A DNA stretch of 63,562 nt from Chloroflexota bacterium (GCA_030058085.1 JASGTU010000035.1:1-63562), one strand, 5' to 3'; shown: positions 39,191 through 49,754, counted from the first letter of the stretch. Notes: generated by a model from the sequence alone, not told the origin. Numbers and translations are program-made.

Positions 39191-39892
39191 ATGAAGAGTG
39201 TAGAGGCGGCGGAACTGATTCGCCAAATGGAGAATTCGGGATTCGATATGGTCGCTCGCCCGCACCCGCGCAGCCCAGGGTATGGCGCGCTGCTCGTGGC
39301 GATGCGGCGGATCCCCACCGAAAGACACTTTGACCCAGAGGCAATTCAACTTTTTGTGAGCGAGGGGCGGGGATACCCTGCCGCGGCGACGTTGCATATT
39401 GCTAGCGAGTTGGGTGACCGCAACCGGGTATGCCCAGGACAGATCGAGATCGTAGACCGGCTCAACAAGCGACTGGGATTTTTTACCTTCGGCGGTGAGA
39501 TCGACGTGGCAGTGGGGCCGCAAGTCAGCGTATTCTCGATCCGGTCTCAGGCGCCGGTATTGCATTTGTCCAATGGCTTCACCGATGAGATGGCTGATCA
39601 GCTTGCATCGGGGACCGAGGCGCTGTGGGCCAGGCTGCGCGTGCGGTGGGGCGTGAATGACAGCGCGTTTATGCGCCGGCTGGCCTCAATCCACCCGTTG
39701 GAATTGTACGCCGCCACATTGGAGTCGCTGCACGTCTCATATCAAGATTCGCCCATCTTGCGCCAGACCTTCCCCGAATTCTACGGCATGTTGCGCCGCG
39801 AGTTACAGTGGGTGGAAAGCCCCGACGTCTTGGGGAAGAAGCATCTGGCCCTGAGCGACCTAATGGTTCCGGCGGAGAGCGACTGGGGTTGA
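39191..39892 (+). CDS. Hypothetical protein, 233 aa, no recognisable motifs
   Basis: Clean ORF in a visibly more AT-rich stretch. A TATAAT element at 39047-39052 implies a 5' UTR of about 130 nt. Confidence 0.5.
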   Translation: MKSVEAAELIRQMENSGFDMVARPHPRSPGYGALLVAMRRIPTERHFDPEAIQLFVSEGRGYPAAATLHIASELGDRNRVCPGQIEIVDRLNKRLGFFTFGGEIDVAVGPQVSVFSIRSQAPVLHLSNGFTDEMADQLASGTEALWARLRVRWGVNDSAFMRRLASIHPLELYAATLESLHVSYQDSPILRQTFPEFYGMLRRELQWVESPDVLGKKHLALSDLMVPAESDWG

Positions 39893-39917
39893 CAGGCAGC
39901 GGGGACAGCCCTATACT
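39889..39917 (+). promoter_or_regulatory. Sigma70-like promoter driving the ZTP riboswitch and purH
   Basis: TTGACA (39889-39894, overlapping the upstream stop codon), 17-nt spacer, TATACT (39912-39917). Confidence 0.55.
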
Positions 39918-39938
39918 GGACCCGCCGAACTAAAGCTA

Positions 39939-40056
39939 GGCCCTTTCGACTGGCGAAGGCGCGCACCGATCACATTGATTCACATTGATCGGCGCCGCGT
40001 GGAAATGACCACGAGGGAGAGGGGGCCGGCCGATTCTGACAGCCGTTCGCCTGGGC
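39939..40056 (+). promoter_or_regulatory. ZTP (pfl motif) riboswitch
   Basis: P1 is GGCCCUUU (39939-46) pairing with AGGGGGCC (40020-27). J1/2 is CGACUGGCGAA. P2 is CGUGG-AAAUGA-CCACG, followed by AGGGAG. The 3' pseudoknot element is CGCCUGGGC (40048-56). Located upstream of purH, a classic ZTP-regulated gene. Confidence 0.8.
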
Positions 40057-40057
40057 T

Positions 40058-40099
40058 GGGCAGTCGAACCTGAAGACGGTTCGGCTGCCCTTTTTATTT
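40058..40099 (+). terminator. Riboswitch expression-platform terminator
   Basis: 13-bp stem GGGCAGTCGAACC/GGTTCGGCTGCCC, loop TGAAGAC, then TTTTTATTT. Confidence 0.8.
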
Positions 40100-40178
40100 C
40101 TCGCCATCCGGCGCATAGCGACTCGATCCGCAATGTGTTGCGGTACACGATCCGACCCGACAAGAAAGGAAATGAGTC

Positions 40179-41711
40179 ATGTCCGCGTTCCGAGCGCTGC
40201 TTTCTGTATCCGATAAATCCGGTCTGGCGGAATTCGCCCAGAGGCTGCACGAGGCCAGCGGCGAGATGATCGCCTCCGGCGGCACCGCCCGCAAGATCAG
40301 CGACACGGGCTTGCCTGTGCGGGCTGTTGAGGAAGTCACCGGTTTTCCGGAGATCCTAGGCGGGCGCGTCAAGACGCTGCACCCAGCCATCCACGGCGGG
40401 ATTCTGGCGCGGCGAACGTCTTCCCACTTGGACGAGCTGAGCGAGCACGGCATCGGCCAAATTGACCTGGTCGTGGTGAATCTGTACCCGTTCCAGGAAA
40501 CGGTGGCGCAGGCCAATGTCACGCTGGCGACCGCGGTCGAAGAGATCGACATCGGCGGCGTGGCGCTGCTGCGCGCCGCGGCCAAGAACCACGAATCCGT
40601 GACCGTGGTCTGCGATCCGGCGGACTATGATTGGGTGGCGGAGGCTTTTGCGCGCGGCGGAACGAGCGCCACCGAGCGGAAGCAACTGGCGCTCAAGGCG
40701 TTCCGTCATACTGCCGAGTATGACACGGCCATTGCCGCCTACCTCGCCGGGCAGGTGGGTGAGGAGGACAGCGCACCGTTGCCGGAGCATCTGCGCCTGG
40801 ACCTCGTACGCGTGCAGTTGAATCGTTACGGCGAAAACCCGCACCAAGCCGGCGCGCTCTACGCCTATGCCGGGGAGGAGGCGCCCTTTACGGTGCTGCA
40901 CGGCAAGGAAATGAGCTATAACAACTGGCTTGATCTGGACGGAAGCTGGCAGGCCGCACAGGATTTCCGCGAGCCGACCGTGGCCATTATCAAGCACGGC
41001 AACCCATGCGGGCTGGCCTGCGCTGATACGCTGGCGCAGGCTTACGAAAAAGCGTTGGCAAGCGACCCGGACAGCGCTTTCGGCGGCATCATCTCCGTCA
41101 ATCGCCCCCTGGATGTAGCGACCGCTAAGCTCATGGCTGAGTTATTCGCCGAGGTCATCGCGGCGCCGGCCTTTGACGAAGACGCGCTCGCCGTGTTGAC
41201 GAAAAAGAAGAACCTGCGCCTGACAGCCCCGACAGGCGTCAAGCCGCGGCCGTTGAGCCTGCGCAGTGTGAATGGCGGCATCCTCGTCCAGGAACTGGAC
41301 CGCAGCGAGTTGGACATGAACCCGGAAGGATGGCGCATCGTCAGCCGGCGACAGCCAACCGCAGAGCAACTGGCTGACCTGGCCTTTGCCTGGCGCGTGG
41401 CGCGCCACGTCAAGAGCAACGCCATCGTCTTCGTCAAGGACCGGGCTACCGTGGGCGTCGGCGCGGGCCAGATGAGCCGCGTCGACTCTGTCATGCTGGC
41501 GGGCTATAAAGCCGGCGAGCGCGCCCGCGACGCCGTGATGGCGTCCGACGCCTTCTTCCCGTTCGCCGACGGTATCGTAGCCGCGGCCAAGCACGGCATT
41601 ACGGCTGTTGTGCAGCCGGGCGGCTCGGTGCGCGACGAAGAGGTGATCGCCGCTGCGGATGAACTGGGGCTGGCGATGGCCTTTACGGGCGCGCGGCACT
41701 TTCGCCACTAA
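40179..41711 (+). CDS. purH: Bifunctional AICAR transformylase / IMP cyclohydrolase
   Basis: Full-length PurH ([32 protein letters not shown]). Confidence 0.97.
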   Translation: MSAFRALLSVSDKSGLAEFAQRLHEASGEMIASGGTARKISDTGLPVRAVEEVTGFPEILGGRVKTLHPAIHGGILARRTSSHLDELSEHGIGQIDLVVVNLYPFQETVAQANVTLATAVEEIDIGGVALLRAAAKNHESVTVVCDPADYDWVAEAFARGGTSATERKQLALKAFRHTAEYDTAIAAYLAGQVGEEDSAPLPEHLRLDLVRVQLNRYGENPHQAGALYAYAGEEAPFTVLHGKEMSYNNWLDLDGSWQAAQDFREPTVAIIKHGNPCGLACADTLAQAYEKALASDPDSAFGGIISVNRPLDVATAKLMAELFAEVIAAPAFDEDALAVLTKKKNLRLTAPTGVKPRPLSLRSVNGGILVQELDRSELDMNPEGWRIVSRRQPTAEQLADLAFAWRVARHVKSNAIVFVKDRATVGVGAGQMSRVDSVMLAGYKAGERARDAVMASDAFFPFADGIVAAAKHGITAVVQPGGSVRDEEVIAAADELGLAMAFTGARHFRH

Positions 41712-41768
41712 GCACGCGAGCCCGCCTCCGTACCTGCGTCTGCCGTTTCCCGGTCAAAGAGGGGACAG

Positions 41769-41804
41769 ATGTCACGTGACATGCTTGTCTGCACGCGCTA
41801 TACT
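41769..41804 (+). promoter_or_regulatory. Promoter with an overlapping perfect 14-nt palindrome (candidate operator)
   Basis: Palindrome ATGTCACGTGACAT at 41769-41782. It contains a -35-like GTGACA (41776-81), followed by a 17-nt spacer and TATACT (41799-41804). Confidence 0.5.
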
Positions 41805-41869
41805 GGGGGCAGTCCGGTTGCCGGTGCGTCGCGTAGGCGTAGACCGCCTGTCGAGAAGGAGATACGGCC

Positions 41870-42190
41870 GTGAAGATCGTCATGGATCGAAACTACTGTG
41901 ATGCCGCCCTGTCCTTTTGTGCGCGCTGTTCCGCCGCCTATTTCCGTAGACCGTTGGGCACGGATCGACCGTGCATTGTCGACGTGATCGACGACGGCGA
42001 TGAGGAGATGCTGCATTTCGTCTTGCTGACGGACGGTCGCGAGCTGGAGTTTGACCTAACCGACGAAATCCAGGAGGGGCTTGCCGCCGAGGGCTGGGAG
42101 TTCTTGGCTGATTTTGACCCGGGCTTCTTCCGAGCAGGTGCAGCGCAACGCTGGCGCGAACTGTCGCATTTGCCGGCGACCCACGATTAG
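41870..42190 (+). CDS. Small acidic Cys-containing hypothetical protein (106 aa)
   Basis: GTG start preceded by GAAGGAG. N-terminal C-x7-C-x2-C ... C pattern. No confident family assignment. Confidence 0.5.
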   Translation: MKIVMDRNYCDAALSFCARCSAAYFRRPLGTDRPCIVDVIDDGDEEMLHFVLLTDGRELEFDLTDEIQEGLAAEGWEFLADFDPGFFRAGAAQRWRELSHLPATHD

Positions 42191-42237
42191 CTCGACCGTG
42201 CGCTTGAAGAGAGCCGGCGCGCGGCGGCAGCTTTCGA

Positions 42238-42780
42238 GTGATGATGATGCGGAAACATGACCGGCGCGGGGGGCTGGGGACTGAGCGCGAAAGCGGCGGC
42301 TCCGGCCCCCCGGCCGCGTCTTCGCGCGGCGTCGATGCGCTGATCGCCGGCGTGAGCGCCAATGCTCTGCAGGCGTTGCGCGACGCGCGTCCGGCGGACT
42401 GGTTTGTGCGTACGCTCGCCGAGCAGTATGCCTATATCAAACTGGGGGACCTGCATCGCCCGTGGCGGTTCCTGCGCCAGATGGCGGGCGCCCCGCCGGT
42501 GCAGCTCGGCGTCGAAGGCTTCCGGCAGGATTTGGTGGACGACTACAACCCGGCGCGGCACTACATGGCCTTCGTATTTATCGGCTTCTATCTGCCGGGC
42601 TTCAGCGCCACGCTGATGCTCTGGCTGTGGGAGATCGCCAGCTTTGTGCGTTATCGCGGGGAATGGAGTTGGCCGGACATGGCGAGCGGGCGGATCGGCA
42701 TTGCGCATGGCCGGCTGGTCAGGCGCTATGGCCCCGTTGTATTGCCGGGGCTGATCGCGGGCGAGTTAGCCGAGCGGTAG
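42238..42780 (+). CDS. Hypothetical protein with one or two hydrophobic segments (180 aa)
   Basis: ORF with a GTG/ATG start cluster. It overlaps rnhA convergently by 15 nt. No recognisable motif. Confidence 0.45.
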   Translation: MMMMRKHDRRGGLGTERESGGSGPPAASSRGVDALIAGVSANALQALRDARPADWFVRTLAEQYAYIKLGDLHRPWRFLRQMAGAPPVQLGVEGFRQDLVDDYNPARHYMAFVFIGFYLPGFSATLMLWLWEIASFVRYRGEWSWPDMASGRIGIAHGRLVRRYGPVVLPGLIAGELAER

Positions 42781-43284
42781 CCCCGGCTGCTCTGCGGGCG
42801 GTTGCTCCGGCTCGTCAAGATCGACCGGGTCGTTGGCATCGGCGTTGCGCGCCGCCTCATTGGCGAGCGTGTCGGCGCGTTCGTTCATTTCTTGTCCGGC
42901 GTGCCCTTTGAGCCATTCCCAAGACACCCCGCCGGCGGGCTGGTGCCGCTCAATGGCGTCGAGCAATCGCTGCCATAGATCGCGGTTCTTCACCGGTTGT
43001 TTGGTTGAGGTTCGCCAGCCTTTACGCTGCCAGTTATGTACCCACTTCGTGATGCCGTCACGCAGATAGGCGCTGTCCGTGTAGATGACCACGCGACAGG
43101 GGCGTGTGAGCGCTTCCAGCGCTTCGATGGCGGCGCGCATCTCCATGCGGTTGTTGGTGGTGTGGCTGGCGCGCCCGACGAGTTCCTTGCTGTGCTCGCC
43201 GAATTGCAGAATGGCTGCCCAGCCGCCCGGGCCGGGATTGCCGATGCAACCGCCGTCTGTGTGGATGATGACGTGTTCGCTCAT
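42766..43284 (-). CDS. rnhA: Ribonuclease HI
   Basis: [17 protein letters not shown] ... [14 protein letters not shown] ... YTDS ... GHAG..MNERAD. Confidence 0.93.
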   Translation of the reverse strand: MSEHVIIHTDGGCIGNPGPGGWAAILQFGEHSKELVGRASHTTNNRMEMRAAIEALEALTRPCRVVIYTDSAYLRDGITKWVHNWQRKGWRTSTKQPVKNRDLWQRLLDAIERHQPAGGVSWEWLKGHAGQEMNERADTLANEAARNADANDPVDLDEPEQPPAEQPGLPLG

Positions 43285-43288
43285 GAGA

Positions 43289-45163
43289 TTATTGCTGGGT
43301 GCGGACTTCGATAAAGGTGGTCTCGCCGGCCTTGACCTCGAATTCGGCGCGAACGCTTTCGCCGTTCACGTTGCCGATCAGGTAGTAGTAACCGGCGGGC
43401 ACGTCGCCCATCGCCCCGTTCTCGCCCCACGCCGGGTCAGGGCCGATGTTCTCCGTGTCGAGGTATGTCTCGATTTGGCGCGCCCAGACGGCTTTGCCGC
43501 CTTCGAAACGGGCGATGCTGATTTTGGCCCCGGCCCACGTTCGCCCGTCTCCGGTGAGCAGGCGCACGGCAACCACGCCGCGGCCGACCGCCGGCTTCAT
43601 CCACAGATACGGATTGACGTTGTTGGCGTAGGTGTTGGCGCCTAGCCTCACCTCAACGTGCAGGTGCGGCCCGATGGCGATGCCCGTCATGCCTACGAGG
43701 CCGACGATATCCGTAGGCTGGACGCGCTGGCCTACGCTGGCGAGCGTTTCATTGAGGTGCCCATAGAGTACGAACACGTCGAGATGCCCGCCCGCCACAG
43801 GCAGACGCTGATCTAGGCGGATGACGACAGTCCCTCCATAGAAGTTATTGTAGGGCCCCAGGAGGACGGGGTCATCCGGTCCGGCATGGATGACCTCGCC
43901 GGTAACGCCTGCCTGAACGGGCGTCCCCAGCGGGTTCGAGATGTCTATGCCGTGGTGAGGCCGGTAGCGGTTGCCCGCTGTGGAGCCAAACTGGTAGTTC
44001 GGGCTGGCCATCGTGTTGGGCACCGCTTCGGAGAACGGGTTATCCACCCAGAAATGGTCGTTGCGGTCAGCCGGCAACGGCGCAAAAGAAGACCACAGTC
44101 GTCCAGGCCCCGTACTGGATGCAACCCAGGCGGGCGTAGGCTGCGGCAGCGGGGTGGGCGTCGGCGTGGGCGGCGGCAGCGGAGTCGGCGTAAAGCGCAC
44201 GCCGACGGCCGGCACGATCTCAACCTTAGGTATGCTGCTCTCGGCGATGGCGGTGTTCACCTCGGCAGCGCTGAGAAGATCGGGCGTCGCCGTTGCGGTG
44301 GGAAGCAGCATGACCTGCGGAAAGGCGGATGCTCTGCCCGCAGAGGGGCGCACCACTTCCTCGGAAAATGGCCTGACGGCCGGCTCAGCATCGGGGACTG
44401 GCGCCGGTATCTCAAGCGCGATTACCAGCGGCGTCGGGTTGATCTGGTCCTCTAGAAGCGGCGCCAGCATCTCGGAGATGGCGTCGCTGTCCTCATCACC
44501 GTTGGCGCGCAGTTCGACTGCGGGCATTTCTTGTCCGTTGGCTGAAAGTGGGGCGTCAGCGGGCGTGGCCGCGGCGTCTTCTAAGACAATGCCGCCCGGT
44601 GTGGCGTCGTCGTCGTCGATGGCGGGTATGAGCGTAGGCGCAGCCGTAGGGTTAACACCGGGTTCCTGCGCCACCGTCGGCGTCACCACTTCGATAGCGG
44701 CGAAGGGGCTGGCTTGCGCCGGCTCCACGGACAGGCCGGCGTTGTCCGATTCGGCGGTGCGAGTGGCGGTTTCGTTGGCCGGATTGACGACGGCAAGGGA
44801 TCGCTCCTGACTCGAAGGGCCTTGAGCGGAAGGGCGTTGGGCGTTGGATGCAGAAAATAGGGACAGGGCCGTGTCGGAGCCTGCCGCGCGCGGCCACGAC
44901 CACCACATGACCACGACGACGAGGCCCAAAAGACCAAAGCGCGCGGTCAGCGAACTCAGCTTACGTTTGCCTGCCGCCGGAGAGTGCTGCGCGTCTTTCG
45001 CTTCGGCAGGCGCATACAGGTCAGGATTCTGTGTAAAAAGTGCACCCTGTGCTAGAATTTCTTGCTGTTCGGCGTCGTCAGGGCCGGAAGGGTCCTGATT
45101 TGGAGACCGGCGCAACCACCGTGTGAGACGAGAATCTGCCATGAGTTCGGAGAATTTCCCCAT
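43289..45163 (-). CDS. M23-family peptidoglycan metalloendopeptidase with a long low-complexity N-terminal region
   Basis: HHGIDIS ... GPHLHVEV M23 motifs, an N-terminal TM and a Pro/Ala/Thr-rich linker. The start is uncertain (45163 or 45142). Confidence 0.8.
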   Translation of the reverse strand: MGKFSELMADSRLTRWLRRSPNQDPSGPDDAEQQEILAQGALFTQNPDLYAPAEAKDAQHSPAAGKRKLSSLTARFGLLGLVVVVMWWSWPRAAGSDTALSLFSASNAQRPSAQGPSSQERSLAVVNPANETATRTAESDNAGLSVEPAQASPFAAIEVVTPTVAQEPGVNPTAAPTLIPAIDDDDATPGGIVLEDAAATPADAPLSANGQEMPAVELRANGDEDSDAISEMLAPLLEDQINPTPLVIALEIPAPVPDAEPAVRPFSEEVVRPSAGRASAFPQVMLLPTATATPDLLSAAEVNTAIAESSIPKVEIVPAVGVRFTPTPLPPPTPTPTPLPQPTPAWVASSTGPGRLWSSFAPLPADRNDHFWVDNPFSEAVPNTMASPNYQFGSTAGNRYRPHHGIDISNPLGTPVQAGVTGEVIHAGPDDPVLLGPYNNFYGGTVVIRLDQRLPVAGGHLDVFVLYGHLNETLASVGQRVQPTDIVGLVGMTGIAIGPHLHVEVRLGANTYANNVNPYLWMKPAVGRGVVAVRLLTGDGRTWAGAKISIARFEGGKAVWARQIETYLDTENIGPDPAWGENGAMGDVPAGYYYLIGNVNGESVRAEFEVKAGETTFIEVRTQQ

Positions 45164-46016
45164 ATCGACTGCCTTACCGGTCCGCCACTTCGACATCTTC
45201 ACGCTGTTCCCGGCGATGTTCTGCGGCCCGATGTCCGAGAGCATCATCCGCCGCGCCCAGGATAATGGGCTGGTCAGCGTTGCGCTGCATGATATTCGTT
45301 CCTACACCACAGACAAGCACCATGTCTGCGATGACTCGCCCTATGGCGGCGGCGGCGGCATGGTCATGAAGCCGGAGCCGATCGTGCGTGCAGTCGAGAC
45401 GGTTCTCGCCCGGCCTGCCGGTTGGACGCTGCCCGAGGCGGACGCTTACGTCAATCTGCCGCCATGGGACATCGAACAACCCTTACAAAAGCCGCCGCAA
45501 ACAGCCGTCATCTTGCTTTCGCCGCAAGGCCGCCTGCTCAATCAGAGCGTTGTAGCCGAGTTGGGCGCATACCGTCGTCTCGCCCTAATCTGCGGACGCT
45601 ATGAGGGCGTAGATGAACGGGTGCGCACCCAATTGGTAACAGACGAGATCAGCATCGGCGACTACGTACTGAGCGGCGGTGAACTGGCGGCGATGGTCAT
45701 CGTCGATGCCATGACCCGCGTCATTCCCGGAGCGCTCGGCGACGCCTTCGGCGCTCATCGCGACAGCCATTCGCCCGGTCTGGGCGGGCTGCTAGAGGGG
45801 CCGCAATATACGCGGCCGCCCGTATTTCGCAATGAGGCGGCGCCCGACGTGCTCTTGAGCGGGCACCACGGCCAGATTGAACAATGGCGGCGAGAGCAAG
45901 CTCTGCTGCGCACGTATCAACGGCGGCCGGAACTGCTCGATTCGTTGCCGCTCTCTGCTGATGATCGCGGATTTCTCAGGAAGCTTGGGTGGCGAGCGGA
46001 GGAAGTGGAAGATTGA
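45141..46016 (+). CDS. trmD: tRNA (guanine37-N1)-methyltransferase
   Basis: [25 protein letters not shown] and [16 protein letters not shown] motifs. Contains an internal insertion of about 40 aa. Confidence 0.9.
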   Translation: MSSENFPISTALPVRHFDIFTLFPAMFCGPMSESIIRRAQDNGLVSVALHDIRSYTTDKHHVCDDSPYGGGGGMVMKPEPIVRAVETVLARPAGWTLPEADAYVNLPPWDIEQPLQKPPQTAVILLSPQGRLLNQSVVAELGAYRRLALICGRYEGVDERVRTQLVTDEISIGDYVLSGGELAAMVIVDAMTRVIPGALGDAFGAHRDSHSPGLGGLLEGPQYTRPPVFRNEAAPDVLLSGHHGQIEQWRREQALLRTYQRRPELLDSLPLSADDRGFLRKLGWRAEEVED

Positions 46017-46349
46017 GTCGCAGCAACACTGCTGGCGACAAGATAAGGTGATAATGCCCCCGGACGATCCGTTCGCCTACCGCACATCCGCGCTTGTTCT
46101 GTTGGGGCAATTATAGCGTCGATCGGCGCGCCGACAAAATCGGCAACGTCGATTCCGGGTCAAAATTTTGGCGGATGGCCGCAGTCGAGCCGTGGGAAGA
46201 CAGTCAGAAACAACGGTTATGCTGCTTTGAGCAGAATGAGTTTTGGCGCAGGTCGGCCACTTGTGATAAACTGCGAAGGTTGTGAACTTAAGACACCAGA
46301 CGTTACTGCCGATGTCGGCAGTCTGATTGCATAAAGGATCGGTGACGTC

Positions 46350-46712
46350 ATGACGAATGCACTCATGGCTTCTCTGCAGCCAGAACTGAACGCCGAGATG
46401 CCGGATATTAGTCCGGGCGATACGGTGCGTGTCCACCAGCGGATCACCGAGGGGCGCAACGAGCGCGTGCAGGTGTTCCAGGGCGTGGTGATTGCCCAGC
46501 ACGGCGGCAAATCGGCCGGCGCGACCTATACGGTGCGGCGCACAGGCGCGCATGGCGTCGGCGTCGAGCGCACGTTCCCGCTGTACAGCAAGGCTGTAGA
46601 GCGCGTGGAGGTGTTGCGCAAGGCGAAGGTGCGGCGGGCGCAGCTTTACTACCTGCGCGAGCGCCAGGGCAAGGCTGCACGCCTGCGCGAGAAGCGTTTC
46701 CTCAGGACATAA
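46350..46712 (+). CDS. rplS: 50S ribosomal protein L19
   Basis: GDTVRVH.RI.EG..ERVQ.FQGVVI ... RRAKLYYLR pattern. Confidence 0.96.
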   Translation: MTNALMASLQPELNAEMPDISPGDTVRVHQRITEGRNERVQVFQGVVIAQHGGKSAGATYTVRRTGAHGVGVERTFPLYSKAVERVEVLRKAKVRRAQLYYLRERQGKAARLREKRFLRT

Positions 46713-46764
46713 CGAGGGCCAAGCGCTGCGTATTTTGTCGCGCTGAAGGAAATAGGCTATTAGG

Positions 46765-46798
46765 ACGCCGGCCAAGCTTTGGCCGGCGTTTTGTCTTT
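46765..46798 (+). terminator. Rho-independent terminator after rplS
   Basis: 11-bp stem ACGCCGGCCAA/TTGGCCGGCGT, then TTTGTCTTT. Confidence 0.75.
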
Positions 46799-46847
46799 GG
46801 GGCGCCGCTGTTTTGTGTCGGGCAAGGCGGTATGCTACTTTGTGGGT

Positions 46848-47519
46848 ATGGGAAAATCGGCGCCGATTCCTGATCTATTGCTTGAGGGCGCGCTCTGGCA
46901 CGCCGGCGCGCGCGTGGTGGCGGGCGTCGACGAGGCCGGGCGCGGCGCGTTGGCAGGGCCGGTGGCAGCGGCTGCGGTGGTTGTGCCGGCGCACGACACG
47001 TCTGCCGGCGTGTGGAGCCGGGTGCGCGACAGCAAGCTGCTGACCGCACGAGCGCGCGCTGCGTTGGAGGCGGAGATCCAGCAGGCTGCACAGGCGTGGG
47101 CGGTGGGCGTCAGTTCCGCCGCAGAGGTCGACGAGGCGGGTGTGGCGGTCGCCACGCGGTTGGCGATGATCCGCGCCATCGAGGCGTTGTCGCTGCCTCC
47201 GGATCACCTGCTGATCGACTGGGTGAGGCTGCCGCAACTCAACATCGCCCAGACCAGTTTTTCCAAGGCCGATCAGCGCTCTGTATCGGTCGCGGCGGCG
47301 TCGATCCTGGCAAAGGTGCATCGGGACCGCTTGATGGCGGCCTTGCATGGCGACTACCCGGACTACGGCTTTGCCGCCAATAAGGGCTACGGCGCGCCGC
47401 AGCATCTGGCGGCTATCGAGCGTCTAGGTCCTTGCCCGCAGCACCGGCTCTCGTTTGCGCCGCTGGCGCAGAGGTCGACCTTGTTCGACGCGGGCCCGCC
47501 TTCCGGGAGTACGCCATGA
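46848..47519 (+). CDS. rnhB: Ribonuclease HII
   Basis: VAGVDEAGRGALAGPV ... DSK ... motifs. ATG at 46848. Confidence 0.9.
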   Translation: MGKSAPIPDLLLEGALWHAGARVVAGVDEAGRGALAGPVAAAAVVVPAHDTSAGVWSRVRDSKLLTARARAALEAEIQQAAQAWAVGVSSAAEVDEAGVAVATRLAMIRAIEALSLPPDHLLIDWVRLPQLNIAQTSFSKADQRSVSVAAASILAKVHRDRLMAALHGDYPDYGFAANKGYGAPQHLAAIERLGPCPQHRLSFAPLAQRSTLFDAGPPSGSTP

Positions 47520-47938
47520 CGCGAGCGGTAAGGCGCGCGCCAGATGGACGGCGACAGCTTGGACAGCGCGGCGAGGAGCTTGCGGTGCACTCGCTGGCAG
47601 AGGCCGGGTTGGAGATCGTCGAGCGCAACTGGCGCTGCCGCCAGGGCGAGATCGATATCGTGGCGCGCGATGTGGGTCCGGACTATGTGCGCGGCATTCA
47701 AGATGCGGCCTGGCTTGTACTGGTGGAGGTGCGCACGCGTCGCGGCGAAACCTACGGCTCGGCGCGCGAGTCGGTGAACTGGCGCAAGCAGGCCAAGCTG
47801 CGCACGGTGGCAGAGGCTTACGTCCAGCAGGCGGCGTGGACAGGGCCGTGGCGCATCGACGTCGTGGCGGTGCAGGTCGACGGTTCCGGGCGCGTGGTCT
47901 CCCTCGAACACATCCGCAACGCGGTCAGAGGCGTCTGA
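47516..47938 (+). CDS. YraN-family (UPF0102) endonuclease-like protein
   Basis: GEELA ... NWRCRQGEIDIVARD ... VEVRTRR pattern. ATGA overlap with rnhB. Confidence 0.8.
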   Translation: MTRAVRRAPDGRRQLGQRGEELAVHSLAEAGLEIVERNWRCRQGEIDIVARDVGPDYVRGIQDAAWLVLVEVRTRRGETYGSARESVNWRKQAKLRTVAEAYVQQAAWTGPWRIDVVAVQVDGSGRVVSLEHIRNAVRGV

Positions 47939-47941
47939 TCC

Positions 47942-48907
47942 ATGCAGCCTGCGACGAGGCCTGAACGTCAGGCCGCTCCCAAGCAGCCTCTCATCGTCCT
48001 ACTTGGGCCGACCGCGGTCGGCAAGACCGAACTCAGCCTCCAGCTTTGCGAGCGCATCGACGGCGAGATCGTCGGCGCGGACAGCCGGCAGATCTACCGC
48101 GGCATGGCGATCGGTACGGCTTTGGTCGGCGACGCCGAACGGGCGCGCGTGCCGCACCATCTGCTCGATTTCTGCGCTCCTGACGAGACGTTGACGGTCG
48201 CCGCCTATCAGCGCATGGCCTACGCCGTGATCGACGACATCCACCGGCGCGGCGCTGTGCCGGTCTTGACGGGCGGCACAGCGCTATACGTGCGCGCCGT
48301 GACGGAGGGGCTGCGCATACCGGAGGTCCCGCCCAATCCGGCGCTGCGCGCTGAGTTGGAGGAAACCCTGCGTCGCGAGGGGCGCGAGGCGCTGTTTGAG
48401 CGGCTGCGCAGCCTCGATCCGGCGACGGCTGCGGTGATCGACGGCAACAACCCGCGGCGCGTGATGCGCGCGCTGGAGATCGTGATCAGCACAGGCAAGT
48501 CGAAAGTAGAACTGGAAGGGGCGATGCCGCCTCCTTACCAGACGCTGTTGATTGGGCTGGACCGGCCGCGCGATGAGTTGTACGCGCGCATCGACCGCCG
48601 CGTAGATGAGATGGTGGAGATTGGATTGATCGACGAGACGCGGCGGCTGCTCGCCGCGGGCTATGACACGCGCCTGCCGTCGATGACGGGCCTCGGCTAT
48701 CGCGAAATGACGGCCTACCTGAGCGGCGGACTGGCTTTGGATGAAGCCGTGGCGCGCATCAAGACCGAGACGCATCGCTACGTGCGGGATCAGTACACCT
48801 GGTTCCGCCGCATGGCAGGCGTGCAGTGGTTCGACATGCAGGCCGGGGACAGCCCGCAGCGCATCATGGCGCTGGCGGAGGCTTTTCTGTCTGGGGAGTT
48901 ACGCTGA
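47942..48907 (+). CDS. miaA: tRNA dimethylallyltransferase
   Basis: P-loop [17 protein letters not shown], and the HHL motif (VPHHLLDF). Confidence 0.93.
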   Translation: MQPATRPERQAAPKQPLIVLLGPTAVGKTELSLQLCERIDGEIVGADSRQIYRGMAIGTALVGDAERARVPHHLLDFCAPDETLTVAAYQRMAYAVIDDIHRRGAVPVLTGGTALYVRAVTEGLRIPEVPPNPALRAELEETLRREGREALFERLRSLDPATAAVIDGNNPRRVMRALEIVISTGKSKVELEGAMPPPYQTLLIGLDRPRDELYARIDRRVDEMVEIGLIDETRRLLAAGYDTRLPSMTGLGYREMTAYLSGGLALDEAVARIKTETHRYVRDQYTWFRRMAGVQWFDMQAGDSPQRIMALAEAFLSGELR

Positions 48908-48932
48908 GCCTGAGGGAGATGGGAGGAGAGTT

Positions 48933-49706
48933 ATGCGGCTTGAGGGCAAGACGGCCATTATCACGGGCGGGGCGGGCGCGATTGGCCGGGCGACCGCCAT
49001 GCTTTTTGCGCAAGAGGGCGCGGCGGTCGTGCTGGCGGACGTCGACGACGGAGCCGGCGAACAGGCCGCGACCGCCATCCGCGAGCAAGGTGGCGCGGCG
49101 CTCTATGTTCACGCCGGCGTCACGCGCTTGGCCGACTGCGAGGCGATGGTGCGCGCGGCCGAGACTGAATTCGGCCGGCTGGACATCCTCTTCAACAACG
49201 CCGGCATCATGTTGAGCGCCGACGGTGACGCGCTCAATACAGACGAGGACGTCTGGGATCGAACGTTGGCGGTCAACTTGAAGGGCGTGTTTTTGGGGTG
49301 CAAGGCGGGCATACCGGCGCTGCGCCGTGCGGGCGGCGGGTCGATCATCAATACGGCTTCGTTTGTCGCCAAGGTGGGCGCGGCTACGCCGCAATTGGCG
49401 TATACGGCGAGCAAGGGAGGCGTGCTGGCAATGACGCGCGAACTGGCTGTCATCCACGCCCGCGAGAACATCCGCGTCAACGCGCTGTGTCCGGGACCGC
49501 TGCGCACGGAATTGCTGATGAAGTTTCTGGATACGGAGCAGAAGCGGCAGAGGCGCCTGGTGCATATCCCCGCGGGGCGATTTGGCGAGGCGCGCGAGAT
49601 GGCCTATGCCGCCCTCTTTCTCGCATCCGACGAGTCATCCTATATGACGGGCGCGGAGTTTGTGGTGGACGGCGGCATCACTGCGGCCTATGTGACGCCG
49701 GAATAA
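48933..49706 (+). CDS. SDR-family oxidoreductase
   Basis: TGGAGAIG cofactor motif, NNAG, and catalytic YTASK. GGGAGGAG RBS. Confidence 0.85.
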   Translation: MRLEGKTAIITGGAGAIGRATAMLFAQEGAAVVLADVDDGAGEQAATAIREQGGAALYVHAGVTRLADCEAMVRAAETEFGRLDILFNNAGIMLSADGDALNTDEDVWDRTLAVNLKGVFLGCKAGIPALRRAGGGSIINTASFVAKVGAATPQLAYTASKGGVLAMTRELAVIHARENIRVNALCPGPLRTELLMKFLDTEQKRQRRLVHIPAGRFGEAREMAYAALFLASDESSYMTGAEFVVDGGITAAYVTPE

Positions 49707-49722
49707 GCGGGAACGGCCTGCG

Positions 49723-49754
49723 AAAAAAAACATCCGCCGGCATCGACCGGCGGA
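49723..49754 (-). terminator. Rho-independent terminator of the LysM gene (minus strand)
   Basis: Stem TCCGCCGG/CCGGCGGA with an A8 run on the + strand, which gives a U8 run after the hairpin on the minus-strand transcript. Confidence 0.7.
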
